Source of the DNA: Nitrosopumilaceae archaeon
Lineage (GTDB): Archaea; Thermoproteota; Nitrososphaeria; Nitrososphaerales; Nitrosopumilaceae
DNA length: 64,000 nt
Assembly (NCBI GenBank): GCA_965209085.1
Contig: OZ242376.1
Coordinates: forward strand, 1,344,001-1,408,000
Direction of reading: 5' to 3'
In this document: positions 59,460 through 64,000 of the stretch, in pieces
Layout: each line of letters begins with the position of its first letter
Position numbering within the stretch: position 1 is the first letter of the stretch
The notes under the pieces: generated by a model
The model's database searches: none
Seen by the model: the letters and a program-made list of their open reading frames with translations, nothing else
What the model was told of the DNA's origin: nothing
Position numbers and translations under genes: made by a program

Positions 59460-60244
59460 TCGCTGTACATCTCTAGTATCTGTTTTTCAGTTAAATCTCC
59501 GGTCTGAAAATCCACGATATTTTCACCGTCCACCCCAATCTCCAAAACTTTGCGGCCCTCGTTTATTACCGCCACCCTGTCAGCGTATTCTAGGGCCAGA
59601 TTGATGTCATGGTGCACCATGATTGCAGTGAGTCCGAATTTTTTTTGCGCCTCAGATATGGTGTCCATTATTCCGTGTGCGGTTGCAGTGTCAAGCTCGG
59701 ACACAATCTCATCGGCCAACAACAGCACGGGTTTTTGCACAAGCGCCCTAGCTATTGCCACACGGCGCCTCTCGCCTCCGCTTAGCGTATGTGTGCGCCG
59801 GTTTTCTTTTCCATCAAGTTCCACAATTTCCAGCACATGTTTTGCATACTCTGTCTCTTCTTGCGGAAATGAGCGCAAAAAAGATCGTATCATACCCATG
59901 CGCGGCAGTGCACCGATGAGAACGTTGTCAAGTACGGATGTATTTTTTACCAGTCCAAGATTTTGCGGAATGTATCCGATTTTTGCCATCTTTGTGCGGA
60001 ATTTTTTATCATGAATATCCGGATGCATATAGTCTACGGATACTGCCCCGCTCGAACATGACATCATGCCGTTTATCACCCGAAGTAATGTTGATTTTCC
60101 CGAACCGGATTTGCCCACAATGGCGTAATTTGAGCCGCGTTCTACTGACATGCTCACATCGCACAGTGCAGGATGATTTTTATCATAATATGCCCATATT
60201 TTGTTCATCTGTACTAGTTGTTTGCACGTTATACTGTATGACAT
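59456..60244 (-). CDS. phnC: Phosphonate/phosphite ABC transporter ATP-binding protein
   Basis: GKSGSGKST, NVL.GAL, LSGGE..RVAIARAL.Q.P; lies between phnD and phnE. Confidence 0.88.
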   Translation of the reverse strand: MSYSITCKQLVQMNKIWAYYDKNHPALCDVSMSVERGSNYAIVGKSGSGKSTLLRVINGMMSCSSGAVSVDYMHPDIHDKKFRTKMAKIGYIPQNLGLVKNTSVLDNVLIGALPRMGMIRSFLRSFPQEETEYAKHVLEIVELDGKENRRTHTLSGGERRRVAIARALVQKPVLLLADEIVSELDTATAHGIMDTISEAQKKFGLTAIMVHHDINLALEYADRVAVINEGRKVLEIGVDGENIVDFQTGDLTEKQILEMYSD

Positions 60245-60265
60245 ATAATATCAGATCAAACCCGC

Positions 60266-61333
60266 TTATTTGGACTTGTTGTGTTTGTCCAGTATCAGCT
60301 GATCAATACCAGTCAGAGCGTTGATGAATGATCCAAAATCACCTATGTGCATTTTTGTGGTTGTAGGTAAAAGCGCCTCTGCACCGTACAAATCCTGCAG
60401 TATGTGGTTGTGTTCATTGCCGTTTAATCCCACCAGTGCGTCCGTGAGGGATTTTACCGCAGAATCGGGCAGATCGGAGCTTACAACAAAGACGTGTGAT
60501 GGTACGGGTCCTATTTCGGTTACGGCGCGGAGTTTTAAGACATCCTTGGGACTTAGATATTTTTCAGGCGCAATATCAGAGCCAAATGCCACATCAACGT
60601 TGCCGTTTAGCAGCAATTCCAGCGCCCCTTTGTAGCCTCCGGCAAACGTATGGGATTCAAATGATTCATCCAGCGCTTTTTTCAGCGAAATTATATCATT
60701 ACCTTCAATTTCCACGTATCCTTGTGTAACCAAAGTTCCCATGGGACGGATGAATCCGGATGAGCCAGTTATGCTGGTAAATGCGACGCGTTTTCCAACA
60801 ACGTCTTCAAGCTTTTGCAGATCTTTATTGTCCGCAGATGTCCAAACCGTTGCCTGGTAGTTTATCTTTCCATTTACAACCTCTGCAAGTATGACTTTAG
60901 CTCCGGTCCTCTCGTGGGTTATCCATGCAGGTCCTGAATCCATGAATGCAGCATCAATATGTCCAAACCTCATGCCTTCGATGATTGTCTCATAGTCTGT
61001 GGGTATTGTAACCACGATGTCCACGCCGGGCATTTTATCTTCCAAATATGATTCAAGATCTGTCGCCTGCGTTGAAACCGTCTGGGCTTTTTCAACAGGT
61101 ATGAATCCAATTGTCAGTGTATCAATTTCTGTATCATCAACTGTAATTATCTCCTCGCCAATCAGATATTTGATTGCGTTCAAAAATTCCCTATCGCTTG
61201 AATGTCCCTGTATCCAAATTTCCGCCGATTTTTTTATCCATGCCGGAACCGTGTTTTCCTGAGCGTTTGCTGCAAATACTGGCACTGCAAATATAATTAA
61301 AACAGCAAATATGCATCCAAGTACAATTTTCAT
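60266..61333 (-). CDS. phnD: Phosphonate/phosphite ABC transporter substrate-binding protein with N-terminal PxWIK domain
   Basis: Signal peptide, VPAWIK..W...EF..AI.YLI module, DY...IEGMR.G.ID.A, SITGSSG...P. Confidence 0.85.
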   Translation of the reverse strand: MKIVLGCIFAVLIIFAVPVFAANAQENTVPAWIKKSAEIWIQGHSSDREFLNAIKYLIGEEIITVDDTEIDTLTIGFIPVEKAQTVSTQATDLESYLEDKMPGVDIVVTIPTDYETIIEGMRFGHIDAAFMDSGPAWITHERTGAKVILAEVVNGKINYQATVWTSADNKDLQKLEDVVGKRVAFTSITGSSGFIRPMGTLVTQGYVEIEGNDIISLKKALDESFESHTFAGGYKGALELLLNGNVDVAFGSDIAPEKYLSPKDVLKLRAVTEIGPVPSHVFVVSSDLPDSAVKSLTDALVGLNGNEHNHILQDLYGAEALLPTTTKMHIGDFGSFINALTGIDQLILDKHNKSK

Positions 61334-61541
61334 GTTAGCTCACTTGTTTTATACAATATATACTCATTTTCGCATATAGGGTCTTGTTACAAACATGTGG
61401 AATCGTTAGTCTCAATTATACTCTTATCCCACACGTTTGATCTGTTTTGATTTATCACAGATTTGTGGCAAATCTAGTATAAAATGGATCATAGTGGGGC
61501 GTTTGGTAGCCTTTAAAATACCGCCAAATACCCCAAATTAT

Positions 61542-61853
61542 ATGAAAAAAGAGTTTGTTGTAAAGAGTATAGATACCTCTTCGGACGGATCCCCTTCGGT
61601 CGTAGTCTCACTCACATCATCAAAGGAGATAAAGCAAGGCATACAAACCCCCCAATCCCCGTTTGACTCCAAAGTCATGGGATTTACAAACATGAACGAC
61701 ATGATGAAGGATATCAACAAGATGATTTCCGGCGGTGCACACCAGTCACTTACATCCGTACGCATGGACATACCAGAATATAAGAAAATGGGCCTCGCTG
61801 TCGGAGACAAGGTGTTTTTGGAGATTACAAAAGCGGATACATCCGGCATCTAG
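61542..61853 (+). CDS. Hypothetical protein, apparent paralog of 20688-21014
   Basis: ATG at 61542 after a TTTAAAA box; EFVV..I, VVVSL, M...EY..MG..VGD.V...I. Confidence 0.75.
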   Translation: MKKEFVVKSIDTSSDGSPSVVVSLTSSKEIKQGIQTPQSPFDSKVMGFTNMNDMMKDINKMISGGAHQSLTSVRMDIPEYKKMGLAVGDKVFLEITKADTSGI

Positions 61854-62497
61854 TTTTGTGTTTTTTTCCAGTCTGCAAGAAACGCTTTAATTCCAGAATC
61901 AGTGAGCGGATGTTTTAGCATTTTTCCCAAAACTGCCGGTGGCAGTGTTGCAACATCAGCTCCGGCTTTTGCAGCCTCTAGTACGTGTATGGGGTGTCTT
62001 ATGCTTGCGACAAGTATTTGCGTGGTTATTTTATAATTTGAAAATATTAATCGAATGTCGCGTATGAGCTGCATGCCGTCCTGACCTATGTCATCAAGCC
62101 GCCCTATGAACGGGCTGACGTATTTTGCCCCAGCCTTTGCCGCCAAAAGAGCCTGGTTTGCTGAGAAAACAAGTGTAATGTTTACAGGAATTCCCTGGGA
62201 TGTAAGCTCTGTGCATGCGCGCAGGCCTTCCCCTGTCATTGGGCATTTTACCACGACGTTTTCCCCGTACTCGCGGAGTTTCTTACCCTCTTTTATCATC
62301 TCATCGCTTTCCAAACTTATGACCTCTAAACTTACATCACCTCCGATTAGTTTTGCAATATCTTTCATTACCTCCTGCGGATTCATTCCGGTTTCCTTTG
62401 AGAGCAATGTAGGGTTTGTTGTAATGCCGTCAAGCAGACCCATCTTGTTGTACTTTAGTATCTCTTCCATGTTTGCAGTATCTAGAAATATTTTCAT
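61850..62497 (-). CDS. tal: Transaldolase / fructose-6-phosphate aldolase
   Basis: IFLDTAN, G.TTNP, VVKCP, AAKAGA.YVSPF.GR.DD. Confidence 0.93.
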   Translation of the reverse strand: MKIFLDTANMEEILKYNKMGLLDGITTNPTLLSKETGMNPQEVMKDIAKLIGGDVSLEVISLESDEMIKEGKKLREYGENVVVKCPMTGEGLRACTELTSQGIPVNITLVFSANQALLAAKAGAKYVSPFIGRLDDIGQDGMQLIRDIRLIFSNYKITTQILVASIRHPIHVLEAAKAGADVATLPPAVLGKMLKHPLTDSGIKAFLADWKKTQN

Positions 62498-63462
62498 GCC
62501 TTCTGCAGCTCTTTTGCCGTACGGGCTATATTAATAGAGGTTATGCCGTGCTTGGCGAACAGCTGCGGCATTTCTGAATCGCGGCACGATTCTCCAAAAG
62601 AATCCTGCGCCCCTATGCGTCTTATCGGTACAGGGTATGTCTCTGCTACGGATTCAGCCACAGCTGATCCAAATCCTCCCACAATATTGTGCTCCTCGCA
62701 TGTTACGATGCAACCTGTTTCTTTGGCCGCTTTTTCAAGCAATTTTACGTTTATCGGTTTTATGGAATAAACGTCTAGCACCCTGCATGAGATGCCATCA
62801 GATGCAAGCGATTCGGCAGCCTCTAGCGCCATCGACACGGTAATGCCGCATGCTGCAATTGTACAGTCAGAACCATCGCGCAGCGTTATTGCGCCGCCTG
62901 GCACAAACTCTGTGTTTTTTTCGTGTATGATTGGAACTTTGGAGCGGGCCATTCTCATGTAAAAAGGTCCGTACGATGATGTCATCATGCGTATCATTGC
63001 AGATACTGAGACTGAATCCGCGGGCAAAAGCACCCTCATGTGGGGCATTACGCGCATTATTGCCAAATCTTCAAGCTGCTGATGTGAGCCGCCGTCTGCG
63101 CCAACTGACAATCCTCCGTGCGATACTACCAGTTTTACATCCAGTCCTTTTTTTCCAGGACGCGTTGGATAGCATATTGCGTTTCTAATCTGATCCACGG
63201 CGCGTCCGGGAAGAAATATCGCATACGTGCTTGAAAATGCTGTCTTTCCAGACATTGCAAGACCGGCAGCCATGGAGACCATGTTAGCTTCAGCTATTCC
63301 CACGTTGAAGAAACGTTGCGGATATTTTTTGCCAAAGTCGGATGTCTTTAACGAATCAGTTGTGTCAGCTCCCAATACCACGACGTTTGGGTATGCATCC
63401 CCCATCTCCAAAAGTGTGCTCCCGTATGCGCTTCGCATGTCGCCGTGCGGTATTGAACTCAT
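62494..63462 (-). CDS. Transketolase C-terminal subunit
   Basis: [30 protein letters not shown]. Confidence 0.92.
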   Translation of the reverse strand: MSSIPHGDMRSAYGSTLLEMGDAYPNVVVLGADTTDSLKTSDFGKKYPQRFFNVGIAEANMVSMAAGLAMSGKTAFSSTYAIFLPGRAVDQIRNAICYPTRPGKKGLDVKLVVSHGGLSVGADGGSHQQLEDLAIMRVMPHMRVLLPADSVSVSAMIRMMTSSYGPFYMRMARSKVPIIHEKNTEFVPGGAITLRDGSDCTIAACGITVSMALEAAESLASDGISCRVLDVYSIKPINVKLLEKAAKETGCIVTCEEHNIVGGFGSAVAESVAETYPVPIRRIGAQDSFGESCRDSEMPQLFAKHGITSINIARTAKELQKA

Positions 63463-64000
63463 GCCAAATTCCTCCACAGTGCCAAAAGTTTTTCATGTTT
63501 TTCACCCAGATGCAGGTTTATCCATTTTTCAGCCAACTTTGCACCCCCAAGCTCGTTGGCTTTTTTTATGAGCATGGAACGCCTAGCTTCCAGCAGAGTC
63601 TGTCGGAATTCACGTATTGCCAGGCGTATGTCAGATTGTCCCACCATTGATCCTCCGCCCACAAAAGAGCGCGCACCGTCAAGAAAACACGCCTTTGCAT
63701 TCTCCAGATTTACGCCGCCGTCAATTTCCACAATTCCTCCAAATCCGTGCGAGTGTAATTTTTCTACGGTGCGTCTTGTTTTTTCATGCGATGATTCAAT
63801 GTATTTTTGCCCAGATTTGCCTGGAACTACGGACATTACTATTATTTGATCCAGTCCCGAGGCAAATTTTGAAATCCATTCTGGCAGTTCCGTATCGGGG
63901 TTTATTGCAATACCTGCCCCTATTGCATTGGAATGCAGATAATCATATATCTCGCCAAAGATGGACTCGTCGCATTCTTCAGCATGCACGGTGATAATGT
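63459..64000 (-). CDS. rpe: Ribulose-phosphate 3-epimerase (5' truncated by the window edge)
   Basis: TVHAE, AINP.T, MSVVPG..GQ, EIDGGVN. Confidence 0.9.
   Translation of the reverse strand, partial: IITVHAEECDESIFGEIYDYLHSNAIGAGIAINPDTELPEWISKFASGLDQIIVMSVVPGKSGQKYIESSHEKTRRTVEKLHSHGFGGIVEIDGGVNLENAKACFLDGARSFVGGGSMVGQSDIRLAIREFRQTLLEARRSMLIKKANELGGAKLAEKWINLHLGEKHEKLLALWRNLA

Overview
Mostly core-genome DNA from an archaeon. Gene content and order (archaeal SecY/uL15/uL30/uS5/uL18, Cbf5, CDC48, two CofE, membrane cupredoxin, a PxWIK-domain PhnD) point to an ammonia-oxidising Nitrososphaerota (Nitrosopumilaceae/Cenarchaeum-like); this assignment is inferred. I call about 75 CDS, one intron-containing tRNA-Ser(GGA) and one apparently intact IS630 element. 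Main points: (1) the IS630 sits in a TA at codon 5 of an oligopeptide ABC ATPase gene, and its right end supplies in-frame TTG codons that could rescue that gene; (2) a locus at 0.7-4.2 kb encodes a repeat-expanded histone-H1-like basic protein, a collagen-like protein with exactly 100 uninterrupted Gly-X-Y triplets and no signal peptide, and a TPR protein; (3) three Cys-rich mini-proteins fall below the ORF-track cutoff, one ending in Gly-Gly and one carrying CxxCH; (4) a sulfur cluster (sulfite reductase, rhodanese, Cys-type Thi4, TrxB, cysteine synthase, TusA, SerB) lies near egtB/egtD; (5) two intergenic concentric hairpins, one flanked by 8-bp direct repeats (MITE-like). No CRISPR array or rRNA was seen. 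All functional calls come from motif recognition by eye, not database searches.
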